DNA of 64,000 nt from Felis catus (GCF_018350175.1 NC_058376.1:68510001-68574000); one strand, 5' to 3'; positions 11,405 to 24,849 are shown, numbered from the stretch's first letter. Program-made: numbers and translations. Notes: generated by a model not told the origin, from the letters alone.

Positions 11405-12387
11405 CCTATGCTGGTTTTCTCCCAGGTCCCAGGCCTGGTAGCTTGTGGCTGTGAGGTGTCTGTAGGGTGTCTGGATTCTATCCAGGGGTTTGTTAGCTGT
11501 CCCTTCCCCTCCCTCCACCTCCTGGCTCAGACCTCAGCAGGCACGCTCGGGTTGGCTGGTGGTGGTTGTCCGGCTGTTAAGCGGGTTGTGTGCTAGGGAG
11601 TTGGTATTCCCCTCGTGCCCTGCAGCCTGGCATTGGGCTCGGCCTTGGCACGGAGTGCTGCTGTCAGGGCAGCTGAGCCGGAGCCAGCAGGCGGGAGCTG
11701 TGCCTGGTATGCTAATTCCTGGGGCCGATTCTCACTGGGCTGAGGCTGCATATCGGGAGCTCATTGCTTTCTTTTCCTGAAGGTTTAAGGTCATTACCTA
11801 TAGCCACATTTTCCTTCTTCTCCCTTCTCTTTCTCCCATCTGCTTTAGTTTCCCCAGAGCAGTGCTGGCTTCCAGATCAAGACTTGGGGCCTTCCGGGGC
11901 AGGCATAACATATTTTGAAGTCTTATGTTTTCTTCTAAAAATTATTTAAATTTAGCATTTGCTTCTTCATGTGTAAGCATATTTAACATCACTTACTGGA
12001 GCTCAGTAGACAGAGCCCAGAGAGCCAGAAGTGCAGGGCCTCATCCCGACAGTGAAAAGACAGCATCATTCATTCATTCACTCCTTCGCTCAGGCTATTT
12101 AGAGAGTGTCTGCTAGGTGCCCGCTGCTGTTGTAACTCTGGGGAATCAAACAAAGCCCTCACCTTCATGGAGCAAACATTTACGATGGGGGTAACAGTGG
12201 ACACGGTCAGATGTGGAGCTGTGCTCTGTGGAGAGAAAGACCGCGGGGAAGGGAGTGTGGGAATGTGGGAGGTGCTTGGCTGAGGCTCTGAGATCTGTGA
12301 CAGAGGTGCTCAAATAGGCCAGGAAGCCACCTCCCCAGTGACCCCCCTAAGAACTGTGCGTTATTGCAAGCACGCGTGTTGTGCGCA

Positions 12388-12389
<2 letters not shown>

Positions 12390-12428
<39 letters not shown>
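12390..12428. repeat. (TG)~19 microsatellite
   Basis: direct reading. Confidence 0.95.
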
Positions 12429-12429
<1 letters not shown>

Positions 12430-14160
12430 TGTCTGTCTGTAGGGAGCAGGGGAGAAGAGAGAATCCTGGGGGGAGTGTCATAACCCAAAGAGGGAAGTGG
12501 GTTGCACCAAGTCTGCAACAAGGAATCCTGTGGCAGGGACAGCTGTGACTCACTTAACTGGAGTGGGGGGGCCACAGGCCGAAGGCAGGGCCGGACCCGC
12601 AGCCAGGGGTCCACTCTGAGGAACAGGCGGGAGAACCTCTGTGCCCCCCTTCCCCGGCTCCACTCAGCCTTGTTGGTTCCCCTGGTTCCCCTAAGCCTGG
12701 TCTGAGCTCCCCGGGGACCCTACTGCTGCAGCAGCAAGACTTTTCTTTCGCGTGGGTTCTGGCAGAGCAGGCAGGGATTGGGGTTAGAATGATTCTGAGC
12801 CCTGTCCCTCCTCTCTCTACTTTATGAAAGTCACGGGAAGAGGCTGCCAGCCAGGCTTGAGGGAAGAGAGCCAGCGTGGGGTGGCGCTTCTCCCCTCCGG
12901 TTGGCTGCCTTGCAAAGTCTGAGCGGCCACCTCAGGTGTGGCAGAGTGGGCAGGCCCATTGGGTGCCCCTGCTGGATGCCAGGATGGGGCTGAGGGAGGC
13001 CTGAGGTGCTTGAGATTGTTGTTGCAGTTGGGTGAATGGCAGGTGGTCACCCAGAAACAGTTGAGATCGGCAGAACAAAGCTGGACAAGGCAAGTGCCAA
13101 GTGAATGGTTGTAAACATCCCAAGTGGAGTCCTCTCCTGGGGAATTAACTCAGGCAGGGAAAGGGCACCTTAGATGCAGTTGTTTGCAAACAAATCTACC
13201 ACCTGTAATAGAAGGGCTTCACCACAGAGCCCCTGTGGGCAGGGCAAACCCAAACTGTAATAGCCCTTGTCACTTGGAGGTGTGTATGGCATCCCCAAGG
13301 GGCTTTAGGGGACGAGTTTCTAGCAACTGGATTCCGTGGGCTGCCCTTCCAGGAGCTTTCTGATGTATACCCTCAGCCCATCTGGATCTCCTCCCCATCT
13401 CTGCTTATCTACCTTCTCTCTGGATTCCCTGTCTCTAAATGCCCTTGCCACCTTGGGGGAGCAGCCACTGTATTGTCATTAGCCTTTCCTTTTGGAATTT
13501 ATCATGCATTTCTTTTGAGTCCCCACTGTTTGCCAGGTCAGTGGCTGTGGTGTTGACTACCACAGGCAAGACTAAATAGGGAGGGAAAAGCCTGGGCCTG
13601 GGTTGGGGTGGGGGCAGGAGGGCGGCGCCCTCTCTGACCTACACACATCTCTCTAGTAAGACATGCTTCTTGAATTGCAAAGTGTGTTCTATACTTAAAA
13701 TGAGGTCCCACATTTTTGCTTGTCCATTGATGAATGTTGCTTTTAGAATTGAGCTGAATGGTTGAATTAGTCTATCTGTATTGGGGCTGGTGCACAGCTG
13801 TGTGAAGCTGATGGCTGTAGAAGGTAGTGAGGTATGTAAAACAGGTGAGAGATGAAAGGACTTCCCTCAGGTGGCTGTCATACCTGGCAGAACAAAGTTT
13901 CTCATGCAGTGTGGTCAGTGGGAACCAGTGGACTTGGGTAGTCAAGATACCCTCACTAAGTCCATGTGGCTCTGGAGAGAGGGCCCTGCATGGGTGGGGT
14001 AGCTGGCTGCCTTTGGCTGGCCATTGGGCAGACTTGGCTGAGTATGGTGAGGTTATGGGGAAAGCTATGAGACAGATGGGGTCTCTGAGGGGCTGGTGGG
14101 AGTCATAGGGGAGGCCAAACTTTGGAAAGATGAGGGAAAGGAGGAAGAGCCAGAAGAGGA

Positions 14161-14325
14161 CAGTGGTGTGCATCAGGATCACCTGGAAGGCTCCTTAAGA
14201 CATAGTTGCTCAAGTACCCGCAGAGTTTTGATTCAGCAGATTTGGGATGGGGCCGAGAATTTGCATTTCTAACAGGTTCCTGGGTGGTGCTGATGCCGCT
14301 GGTCCAAGGACCACATTTTGAGGTC
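14161..14325. mobile_element. MER5A-like hAT-Charlie MITE
   Basis: gcatcaggatcacctggaagg...gattcagcagatttgggatggggccgagaatttgcatttctaacagg...ggaccacattttgag. Confidence 0.8.
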
Positions 14326-14589
14326 TGTTGATCTCACAGGAAGGAAACCGGAGATGAGATCGGGCATGAGCACTCTGTAAACGCTGAGTGGCACCAGACA
14401 GACGTTTCTTATCAGAAGAAGTGTGAGAGTGTGATATTGCAGGAGCTGCACCTCACTGAAGCGTTCTCCTCTCTCCCTGTGGCTTCTGTCAGTACCTGCT
14501 CAGATTTCGTAACTTCTTCAGCCTTGTAGGACATTCTCCTCTTATCCTGGTCAGATGGTATATAGTAGGTGGGATATGGTACACATTTG

Positions 14590-14722
14590 AGCTTAAAAAC
14601 AAAAACTTGCTTGGGCCTTAGGCAGAGAGTCTGAAGTAATGGTCTGGGAAGGGCCACGTTAATCTGTAGTCTTTTAAATTTCCCAGGTGGTGCTGATGAG
14701 CAGCCAGGACTGGGAGCCACAG
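14590..14722. mobile_element. MER5-family hAT fragment
   Basis: ggtctgggaagggcc...aatttcccaggtggtgctgatgagcagccaggactgggagccac. Confidence 0.55.
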
Positions 14723-15020
14723 ATCTATACTGTAGTTGGTTTTTCTTCTTAGAATGGGCTGTACTCCTGGGGACTTGCTTTGTCCAGAGCTGTCCATGTT
14801 GCCCCTCTGCTTATCTCTGTCTTTCTTGATCAGCCCATATCCTTTTGGTTACTCTGCTTCCTCCAGTCCTCTGAGAGCCCACCTATAGTCAGGGCCTTCC
14901 CTGCTATTGAGAATTTCAAGGTACCAGGCTTTTTTTTAGGCCACGAGCAGATTTTACTCTGTCAACACCTTTGTGAGGACCTCAGGTAACAAATGGTTTC
15001 GGACATTTGTGTCTTTTCAG

Positions 15021-15104
15021 TGATGCTGAGAGTAGAAAATTGTGCAAGAAGATGAAAGTTGACCTGAGCCCAAAGGACAAAAAGGTTGAATTATTCCATT
15101 ACCA
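15021..15104 (+). CDS. PDIA5: PDIA5 exon 4 (84 nt): DAESRKLCKKMKVDLSPKDKKVELFHYQ
   Basis: cttttcag| acceptor and CA|gtaagt donor; in frame. Confidence 0.96.
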
Positions 15105-15353
15105 GTAAGTACATGTGGGCATTTCCAATTTCCAAGTAAGTGCTAGAAAGCTTTCATTGGTATTCCCAGTGAACAGTTTTGAGTTAGGTTAATTTTATTT
15201 CAGTGTTTTTCTTCTGTGTTTACAGTTCTTTTTTTAAAAAAAATCTTGAACTGTGTTCAATAGCTGAATGTTATTAAGATGCTGCAGGAAACCAAAGGTA
15301 TGTATCTTCATAACCATTCTTAAAGTTAACACCTTTTTCTCCTCATTCGACAG

Positions 15354-15399
15354 GGACGGTGCATTTCATACTGAATATAACCGAGCTGTGACATTTAAG
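15354..15399 (+). CDS. PDIA5: PDIA5 exon 5 (46 nt): DGAFHTEYNRAVTFK
   Basis: cgacag| acceptor and AAG|gtaaat donor; in frame. Confidence 0.95.
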
Positions 15400-17616
15400 G
15401 TAAATTTACCTCCCTCATTCTCAGCAGAGGTAGAGTCTGAACAGATGCCAAAAGCCTGGCAGGTTTTCTCTGAGAGAAGGAAGGGCAGATTGCACAGATA
15501 GCTCTTTCAAATGACCTGAGGGATTCTTATCTCTAGAGCACATGTCAGCAGAATATCTGGAAAAGTTTGTAACTGTTAGCACAATGGGGATGGCCAGCCT
15601 TGTAGATAAGTGTGTGAATCTATCAGCAGAGGCATGTGGGTGAGACATGTGACGTTACACCTCTCTCCTCCAGAGGCCTGGGTTTCCTTTTGCTGTGGCT
15701 TGAAGCGCTCCTTCATCTCCACGGTAGTGTCCATACTGGCTATCCAGAGTCTGGGGGGCACTTAGCACAGGGTGCAGGACACGGGCAGGTTGGCACCTGT
15801 TGGCTGATGCACTTCATTTCAGATGACACGCCGATGTCACTGAGTCATTCCCCTGCTACAAGTCTGATTTAGCAGTGGATGGAAAAGCATCCGTGAAAAT
15901 AGGTGTGGAAGGTCTTTGACCCGCCGCCCTGAGTCCTTCGATTGCCTTTAGATTCTCCTCCTTTAGCTACCCATTCTCTTCCTCAGACAAGTCTTCTCCT
16001 ATCTCTGGTCCGGGCGGCATGCCTCTGCCCTGTCTGGGGCCATGTATTTCTTCTGTTCTCAACATAGACTGAACTTATTTTTTCAGACTCTCCTGCTTTG
16101 CGCTCCTCTTTCTGTCTCTCTTTCTCCATCTCCTTCCATTCTTTCCTGTTCATCCATCCGTGCAGCTGTCAGTGTCCCACTCCTCTACCGCTCTTCCTCG
16201 GCTCCCTGGTCACTTCTTGCTTATCTACCAGCACTCGTTCTTTTTTAAGTTGCTACAGCTTTACCTTATACAGATTCAGCCTGATTACTCATCTTAACAC
16301 CCACTTAGACACTTAGAGAAAATTCTACCACCTAGAGTTTCTTAACCTCTTGTTCTGTGTTAAGATGTCAGCCGAAGCCCTCAGAGAGAACACGCACTCC
16401 CCAGGAACAACGTGTAGCCGGGCAGGGCAGGGGAAGTGCTATGCAGTGATGGAAGGGGGTGCCGGGGGCTTTTAGTTTTGTCTTTGGAGGCTGTGTTCAG
16501 TTTACATTTAGCGGCTCCCTCTGAGCAGTCTGTCCTGGGATCATGGAGCAGGAAATAGCAGCTGCTCAGAACTGTAGTAGCTAGGAAGGAGCAAGGAGCC
16601 CAAGTGGTCTGAGCTTGCCTAGGTCGGGAGGCTGAGTCCTGGCCTCTGTCCACCCCTTACAAAGACCAGGTGTGTGGCATTTGCTCACTCTTCATCCTTC
16701 CTAGGATTTCTGCATCAATAAGTTGGAGAAGCAGGCTGAGCGTTGGACAGGGTCAGAGTCTTTAGTGGAGACAGGGCATCCTTAGTTCAAGGGTTCCCCA
16801 AAGCCCACAGGGTCATCAGGGACTGGGGTAGGGTCCCTGGAGTTCTCAGGGCAAGGGTAAGCAGCATATTGTTTCCCATAACTGCCTGATGGCTTCTGCT
16901 CATCATTGAGCAGGAGCAGCTGAGACCAGTGCCCTCCTTGGTCACAGGTTGGTTTTCTTCTCAAGTTTCCTCCTGGGCCTCCATCTCCAGAGAGACAGAG
17001 GAGTCCCTGCCAGGGTTGGGTGCCCAGTTGCAGGTTCATGCTCTGGCTATTGTTGCTGTCGTCCTGTGTGGTTCTGGGGGGGCCTAGTCATAGGCACCAC
17101 GCTGTGGCCCCTAAAGAAGCCAGAGACCAGACAAGTGAGGGTAAAGAGCAGGAAGCTCAAAGAGGGGAACTTCCTGTATAAGTGGCCTTTTGCTGGTCAG
17201 CAGTCTGTCCTGCAAAATCCTTATTATGTGTCAGTGGTGAGGACTGGAGATGCCTGGGAGCCAGGATTCAGATGACCCTCTGACAACCTTCTCCCAAGAC
17301 CATGTAGCTATGAGTGTGGTTTCCCAGACGTGAAGATGTCCTGAAAACCAAGGTGTGGGTGTGGGGCCATTTCCCTGGCATTCAGAGCACCCAGGACAGG
17401 ATGGCTGAGGGAGTGGGGTGTTCCCCATGCGGCTCCCTGCAGATTTTTCCACCCAAGATCTCATCGGTTACAGTGCTTTGGAGAGAACCTATGGATGGAA
17501 TCACTCAACTTCAGTTAAACAAGAATAATCTCCACCTGAAAAGCAAAAGATTGCTAGTATGATTATTTCAGTTCTTACGTTAGAAGGGGTGGCTCCTTTC
17601 CTCTTTGCATCCACTT

Positions 17617-17669
17617 TTGTCTTTTCTCCTTGTCTTTTCTCCTTGTCTTTTCTCCTTGTCTTTTCTCCT
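17617..17669. repeat. 13-bp tandem repeat (ttttctccttgtc) x ~4
   Basis: direct reading. Confidence 0.9.
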
Positions 17670-17756
17670 GAGGCAGGGGTGGGAGTCGGGGAATGGGAGA
17701 TGGTGCTAACCCTTTAACTCTGCTTGTGCTGGTGCGTGGACAGGAGGCCCCTGAGA

Positions 17757-17985
17757 GCAATAGTTCCTAACCGATTTTGGGTTCCTTGTGCCACTGAGAA
17801 TCGACTGAAAGGCATGGATCTTCTTCATAGAAACAGTGTGTTTGCATGAAGTAAATGTAAAATGTTGTCGTGTGAGTAAATGTAAATGTTAAGTAAAGTA
17901 ACATAAAGAGTAATGCTTTCATGTGAGGCTGGGGTTTCACAGACCCCTGAAGGCTGCCCGTGTACCCTAGATTGAGAACCCCTGT
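17757..17985. mobile_element. hAT-Charlie-type non-autonomous element
   Basis: ends tagttcctaacc... and ...ggggtttcacagacccctgaag...gattgagaacccctg are typical of short hAT MERs. Confidence 0.5.
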
Positions 17986-19442
17986 ACCAGGCATTTTCTG
18001 AAACAGGTGGGCAGCTGTAAGCATCTTTCTCACATGGCTCAGGTGGGCAGGTGCCTGTGCAGCTGTGGGTGAATATGGGTTTCAGGAGGCCCTCCAGTTC
18101 CATTCTGGCTTATACTGTCACAGGGAAGCTTTGACAGGGACAGAGGAGGCAGACCTGCCTTTGCCATGTGGAAATGGCCCTCTCTTCTTGCCAGAAGGCG
18201 TTTCACAGCCCCATTTGGAACAGCAAGGGAGCATTACCTGAATGAAATTCTACGAAATCTTAGCTGTCTCCCATTTTTCCATAGTAGCTCTTCCCAAATA
18301 ATAAGCTCACGGAGGTCCTGTGTGCGTGACCAGTGGATGGCTGAATGCACAGCCTCCCGAAGAACGTGTTTCCTTTTCTCACCTCAGCCCTCCTCCCTCC
18401 CACCACACTTGTGGACACATTCAGGTTGTCATCTGCTCTTTGGGACTTGATCGAAGTGGACAGAAGTCACAAAATCTTGCATCAAATTGGGGACGCTGAA
18501 GGCTCTGTCTGTTGGCATGGAAGCCAGCAACTCCCCTCCAGGGTTGAAGGGATGGAGGTTGGCTGGTTTCTGATATTCGTTCCTGGCTCTCATAGACTTT
18601 GAGCACCATTTCGCAGAATGGCTGTCTGAGGGAAGGCTGCTTCTGTCCTGGACCAGTGAAGTGTGGCAGGGATAGAGGGCAGTAGAGGGACAGCGGCCTC
18701 CACATGGGAAGATTGTGTCTTTCCCAGAGGGAGTGAGATTTGAGTCAGTTGTCCACATGACAAAGGCTAGGTAAGTCCTTTATCCTGAAGGTCCTTGTCA
18801 GATCTTCATCCTGGGCATGTAGAGGGAGGGTATTCAGGCAAGTAGGCAGTCACAGAGATGAGCACCCTGCCCCTGGGGGCTTCCTGGCTTGAGCTCCTCA
18901 GAGGATGATCAAGATTTAACGCACTCTCAAACCAGTTTAGATCACAAAATATTGAGCAGGTGGCAATTAGGTGTGCTTACCTGCTTGTGTGGTCAGCAGT
19001 TTTGGAGGCTGCACGAATGTGGAATCCTTGGACAGGACTGGAGACCTTTATTCAAATTGATCAGAAAGGCTTCCTGGAGGAGATGAGACTTAGAAGCATG
19101 AGCCTGTCTCTGGTTTGAATAAGCCAATGAATTGTCTCAAATCTCCTCTTTGATGTCCATGAAGAAGCACAGTAGGTATGGATCAGCTGATCAGATTAAG
19201 GTGTCACGTGGCTGAAAAATTTTGGTGGAGGCAGTGCGGGTGCATTTTTAGGGCCCTCAGCAGTGAAGTCAGTGGGCAATGGAATGGCACCCCTGCCCCC
19301 CATGGGGTTGCCCACGTGCGACATGCAGACCCTCTCCAGGCACGTGGGTCTCTGGGCAGAGAGATGGGGCAGGTTCCTGATTTCCCCACCTCCCTCTTTT
19401 CCTGGCTAAAACGACTTTTCCCTTCTTTGTTCTTTTCCTCAG

Positions 19443-19535
19443 TCTATAGTGGCCTTTCTGAAGGATCCAAAAGGGCCTCCACTGTGGGAGGAAGATCCTG
19501 GAGCCAAAGACGTTGTCCACATTGACAGTGAAAAG
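19443..19535 (+). CDS. PDIA5: PDIA5 exon 6 (93 nt): SIVAFLKDPKGPPLWEEDPGAKDVVHIDSEK
   Basis: long pyrimidine tract with ctcag| acceptor and AAG|gtaact donor. Confidence 0.96.
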
Positions 19536-19876
19536 GTAACTTATCTTGCATCAATTCTGGTGGACACTGGAAGCTTCCCCCAACCAGGGTCTCCCTAGGA
19601 GGGATGCCCAAAGAAATGAGGAATGGGACTTTTCAGAGACCAGTTGTACTTTTCTCCAAGGGAGCCGGGCCCCTAGGCCCCTAATATTTGTTCTCCTTCC
19701 CAGCTCCGTGACGGAACCCACAGGAGATCACAGACTGGCTGCCTGAGACCTTGCCTGAGACCTCCCATTCTTCACTGCCTTATTTAATGTATTTTAATGT
19801 GTTTAGATTTTTCTCAGAGAAATATCCATTTAAAAAGCCTTTCCTTATTATGTAACCCAGTCATTGCTGGGATTGG

Positions 19877-19877
<1 letters not shown>

Positions 19878-19926
<49 letters not shown>
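19878..19926. repeat. (TG)~24 microsatellite
   Basis: direct reading. Confidence 0.95.
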
Positions 19927-19928
<2 letters not shown>

Positions 19929-20548
19929 AAAAGTAAGTTTTGTTTTTTTGTTTTCTTTAAGAATAATCTCAGAGGTTTGGGTTGGAGTTCCAGAGACTTG
20001 GGTCAGATCTCTATAATTCTAAGTCATGTAAATTTGAGCAAATTATTTACCCTCTTAAGTTTTAATTTCTGGATTTGGCTGGGCTAGGGAGTTAGGGAGT
20101 AGAACAGTGGTTCTGATTTATAGTCTCCATACAACCTGACCCTCCTTTCTAAGCCTGCCCCACCCGACCTGAATGTGCATCTTTATCCATGTATTGTGAC
20201 ACGTGCGTACCTCATTTGTTTGGCTGTGTCTTCACCTAAGGATGGGCAAGAACGTCTTTGTTATATTCCAGATGGTCTGTGAGGCAGGCAGTGCTATTTT
20301 GTAGATGGAAGGAGAATGTCCTTTTTTTAAAAATCTATGAAATACTGTTGACATACAGTGCTATATTAGTTTCAGATATATAACATAGTGATTCGACAGT
20401 TCTACATATTACAGAGTGCTCACCATGAGAAGTGTGGTTACCATCTGTCATGATACAAAGTTATGGCAGTATTACTGACTCTGTTCCCTTTGTTGTACTT
20501 TTCATCTCTGTGACTTATTTCTCTTATAATTAGACATTTATACCTCTT

Positions 20549-20578
20549 TAAAAAATTTTTTTTAAATGTTTATTTATT

Positions 20579-20612
<34 letters not shown>

Positions 20613-20779
20613 CAAGCAGGGGAGGGGCAGAGAAAGAGGGAGACACGGAATCCAAAGCAGGCTCCATGCTCTGAGGTGTCAGCACAGAGCTCAATGTGGG
20701 GCTGGAACCCACAGACCGTGAGATCCTGACCTGAGATGAAGTCGGGCACTAAACTGACTGAGCCACCCAGGCGCTTCTG
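20549..20779 (-). mobile_element. Can-SINE inside L1
   Basis: TSD gac(a/g)tttatacctctt at 20533-20548 and 20780-20795. Confidence 0.95.
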
Positions 20780-21228
20780 GACGTTTATACCTCTTAATCC
20801 CCTTCACCTGTTTCACTTATGCCCCCACTCCCTTCGCTCTGGCAACCACCAGTTTTTTCTCTGGTTTTATCAGTCTGTTTTTATTTGTTTGGTTTTGTTC
20901 GTTTGTTTTGTTTCTTAGATTCCACATATAAGTGAAATCATATGGTATTTGTCTTTCTCTGAATTATTTCACTTAGCATTACCCTCTAGATCCATCCATG
21001 TTGCTGNNNNNNNNNNNNNNNNNNNNNNNNNNNNNNNNNNNNNNNNNNNNNNNNNNNNNNNNNNNNNNNNNNNNNNNNNNNNNNNNNNNNNNNNNNNNNN
21101 NNNNNNNNNNNNNNNNNNNNNNNNNNNNNNNNNNNNNNNNNNNNNNNNNNNNNNNNNNNNNNNNNNNNNNNNNNNNNNNNNNNNNNNNNNNNNNNNNNNN
21201 NNNNNNNNNNNNNNNNNNNNNNNNNNNN

Positions 21229-21432
21229 GGTGGCGCAGTCGGTTAAGCCTCCGACTTCAGCCAGGTCACGATCTCACGGTCCGTGAGTTCGAGCCCCGCG
21301 TCAGGCTCTGGGCTGATGGCTCAGAGCCTGGAGCCTGTTTCCGATTCTGTGTCTCCCTCTCTCTCTGCCCCTCCCCCGTTCATGCTCTGTCTTTCTCTGT
21401 CCCAAAAATAAATAAACGTTGGAAAAAAAAAT
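21229..21432 (+). mobile_element. Young CpG-rich Can-SINE (5' end lies in the N gap)
   Basis: ggtggcgcagtcggttaagc...gagccccgcgtcaggctctgggctgatggctcagag...aaataaacgttggaaaaaaaaa. Confidence 0.93.
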
Positions 21433-22549
21433 TAATAATGCTGCAGTAAACATAGGGACATGTATATCTTTTCAAGTTAGTGTTTTTATTTTCTTTGGGT
21501 AAATACCAGCTAGTGGGAATTACTGGGTCATATGGGATTTCTACTCTCAATTTTTGGGTGAACCTCCATACTCTTTGCATAGTGACTGCACCAGTTTATA
21601 TTTCCACCAAGAGTGCATCCTCGCTAACACTTGTCATTTGTTTTTGTGATAGGAACTGGAGAATGTTTGTTCTTATCTTGATAACATGAAATGTACTTTT
21701 TATATTCCTCTGCCTCCCCTCCCTTTTCATTTAAAATTATTGACCCTTAATGCTTGTTAATCCAGAAGAAAAGGATGCCATTTATACTTTCTGGAGGAGG
21801 GATCATGTGTGATCGTTACGGGCTGGGCAATTTGAATTAAGGGGCTGGCCATCAGCATTTCTCTGGGATAGAAAATGCCAGTATCATCAGAAGGTAAAAA
21901 GTATGTTGCTGGCAGGGGAAGAGGGGCAAATGTCAGGAGGTGGTGGCATCTGTGCCCGTAGTTATGAGGAAAACAAGCAGCCTAAACTCACTGTTGCTCG
22001 TGGGAAGATTTTGTGATAATGCATGTTTCTAGCCTTTCTGGAAAGTGATTGCCTGCTGTCTCCTTCCCCTGAGATGATCATGTCCTGAAACTCCTAAGAT
22101 CGCTCTTCTGTAACTAGAAATATTAAGGAGAAAAAAAATGTTTTCACACCTGTAGGCAATCCTCTTGCTATACTTTTCTGTAGAAGTTTAAGGTACAGCT
22201 GCCTTTCTGCTGATAGAATCTCCACATAAAATAACTAAAAGTTCCCAATTCAAGTTAATTGCCAATTGTATTTGTGAGGTTAGTATTCTGCACTGTTGAA
22301 GGTAATTAAGCATCTTTAAATATAATGTAATGATTGTTACTACCCAGGGTATGAAACCAAATGGCTACAGGCTCAGAAAACCCTTTTCTTCTCAGATCTC
22401 CAGGTTTTTTCTCCAGGGATTTCAGAAGATCATTTTCAAAGCGTTTGCATTTTCTACCCATAGTCAGGGTCAAAGATCTTAGTTGCTAATTCTGTTTTGT
22501 AAAATTATATAATTCTAGTTATGTAAACAAGGGTGAACATTTTCAGAAT

Positions 22550-22960
22550 TTATTATAAAATGTTTTAAATTCCTACAAAATATTTGTAATATTTTTTATC
22601 TAACTGAAAAATTATAAGCAATGCGTATTCATTGTTGAAAATTTAGAAAATACAGCTTAAGTTTAAAAAGAAAAACAAGTTACTTTATCCCTTCCCATTG
22701 AGAAGTACCCACTGCTGGTATTTTCTGTAGCCTTCCAGGCTTTCAACATAATGCATACATATTTTTACTCACAAAAGTGTCATTACATTTTATATGCTGC
22801 TTTCTAACTTGCTTTCTTCCCCCCACTTAACGTAACAGGCATATCTTATTGTGACATTAAATATTCCTCTTCATCGTTTTTAATGATGCAGTAGTATTCC
22901 ATAGAGCGGGATGTACCCTCATCTATTTACCTAATGCCTTGTTGCTGCCAGAAAGCTGCA
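22550..22960 (-). mobile_element. Ancient L1ME-like 3' fragment
   Basis: cattgttgaaaatttagaaaatacag...tttttaatgatgcagtagtattccatag; boundaries approximate. Confidence 0.55.
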
Positions 22961-23906
22961 TTTCGCAATCTCCTTTTACTTTCCTTATTATTCAAAAGAG
23001 AAAAACCTCTAATTTTCTTCTATGGAAACTGGTTAGAGAAGCAAATTATTTTAATCAAAACATGCTTTGTCATTGCGTTTCTCTGCAGTCCTTGATAGAT
23101 TTGCTTTTTCCGGAACATCGTTGACTTTCGTTGGAAGAAAGGTCTTTGACCCTGCTTGACACTGAAGTCTCTCCATTAGCACTGTTGTGAAATATAAAAA
23201 TGTCTTTTTTTTGCATTTATTGTATTTATTTAACAAATAATTATGTATTGCATAATAATGTGCCAGGCACTGTTTGGAGGGTTTTACAAATACAGATGAT
23301 CTGTACCCCATGGGGGCAGGAGGGCATGTCTCATCTGTGTGTTCCTGTGCACACAATGGGCTCCTGGGCACATGGACGGTGGCTGTAGGGCTGGGGAAAG
23401 AGACAGTAGGTTTGGGTTAGCCCTGTGTGACCTTAACCAGCAGATCTCCGTCTAGCCAAGTTGGGCCACGTGAAAACAACCAACCCCCTACAACACAACC
23501 ACTCCACAAATCACATGAGGGGGCAGGCTGGTTGAGCCTCACAGGACATAAATAGTTCCTTGCAGGTTTTTAATCGTTCAGGTGGAGCTGCAGGTAAAGC
23601 TGGTAGCCTGGTCCTGACTACTTCATCATACCAGGTGGCCTTGGGAAAGCCATGTGCCCCCTTGGGGCCTCAGTTTCCTCATCTGTAATATGCAGGGGTA
23701 GTACAGATTGTCTCGATCGTCCAGCTCCTGACAGGCTGAAACTCTGGCTGCATGCCCCAAACCCCATGTCAGACCATGGGACATCTGAAATGCTGGACAG
23801 CTCCTTCCACCATGGTGGTGCCCCCACCCTCCAGAGCCAGGGGCATGTTGCCTCCCTGTTGTGTTATCGTGTGTGTGACCTGCCGTGTTCTCTCTTTGTG
23901 CCTCAG

Positions 23907-23967
23907 GACTTCAGACGGCTCCTGAAGAAGGAAGAGAAGCCCCTCCTGATGATGTTTTATGCCCCCT
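23907..23967 (+). CDS. PDIA5: PDIA5 exon 7 (61 nt): DFRRLLKKEEKPLLMMFYAP(W)
   Basis: cctcag| acceptor and T|gtgagt donor; start of first catalytic thioredoxin domain. Confidence 0.96.
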
Positions 23968-24630
23968 GTGAGTGACCTTTCTCCTTTGGGCCAGAGTTCA
24001 TTGTTCAGCCTCTTGGAGGGGCAGCTGGGGGTTGGGAGGCGGGGGACTGGGAACTAGCCCCAACTGTCTTAGAATGTGAAGTGCGTCCCTCACCCCATCT
24101 CTCCGTCTGCCTCTTTGCCTTTTCATTTGGCTCCTCCCCTCCTACTGTCCACATCAGTTTTTCTCTCACTAGAATCTGCATCCTTCTGCCCTCCTTGCCC
24201 CAAGCTCTACCTAGCAACAACACAGGTCTCTCCAGGTATTCCTTTCCCACCAGCTGTGTGCCTGGTGGAGCTATGTGCCGATGGAGCCATGCCTCACCCT
24301 CTAGGTCCACTGCTGCTCACCAGCCAGAGCCTGGCCAGCCCCCCAAGGCAGCCATTTGCCCAGCTCTGGCTCCTGCACACCTCTGCTGGTGTCACCTGGG
24401 AGGTGTGGGGGAATCAGGACCAGGGAGAAAAGGGCCTCATATTTTGGTTCATTCTCTAGATGAGGCACAAAGCCATGGGAACAGCAGAAAGATCATTGAG
24501 ATGACAACCAGAAGACCCAGGTTCTAATTCCAGCTATGCCAACAATCAAGCTGGGTGACCTTGGTCAAATCCTTTGCCTTCAAATCCTTCATCTTCAAAT
24601 CCTTCACATCTCTGCCCCTCAGTTTCCATT

Positions 24631-24849
24631 GCTTTAAAAAAATTTTTTTTAATATTTACTTATTTTTGAGGAGGAGAGAGAGCGTGAGCAGGGAAGAGGC
24701 AGAGAGAGAGACACAGAATCTGAAGCAGATACCACGCTCCAAGCTGTCAGCACAGACCCCGACATGGGGCTCGAACTCAGGAGCCATGAGATCATGACCT
24801 GAGCCAAAATCGGATGCTTAACCAACTGAGCTACTCAGGTGCCCCCACC
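24631..24849 (-). mobile_element. Can-SINE inserted in a MIR remnant
   Basis: TSD cccctcagtttccatt at 24615-24630 and 24850-24865; flanks carry MIR core gtgaccttgg...ctcagtttcc. Confidence 0.93.

Larger units (their letters stand above)
20322..21650 (-). mobile_element. L1 3' region (carnivore type) interrupted by two SINEs and an N gap (21007-21228)
   Basis: agattccacatataagtgaaatcatatggtatttgtctttctctg...; minus-strand VWRFTQKLRVEIPYDPVIP resembles the ORF2 C-terminus. Confidence 0.88.

Noticed and set aside
17617-17669. CRISPR-like or regularly spaced repeats
   Set aside because: Simple tandem repeat without spacers, in mammalian DNA.
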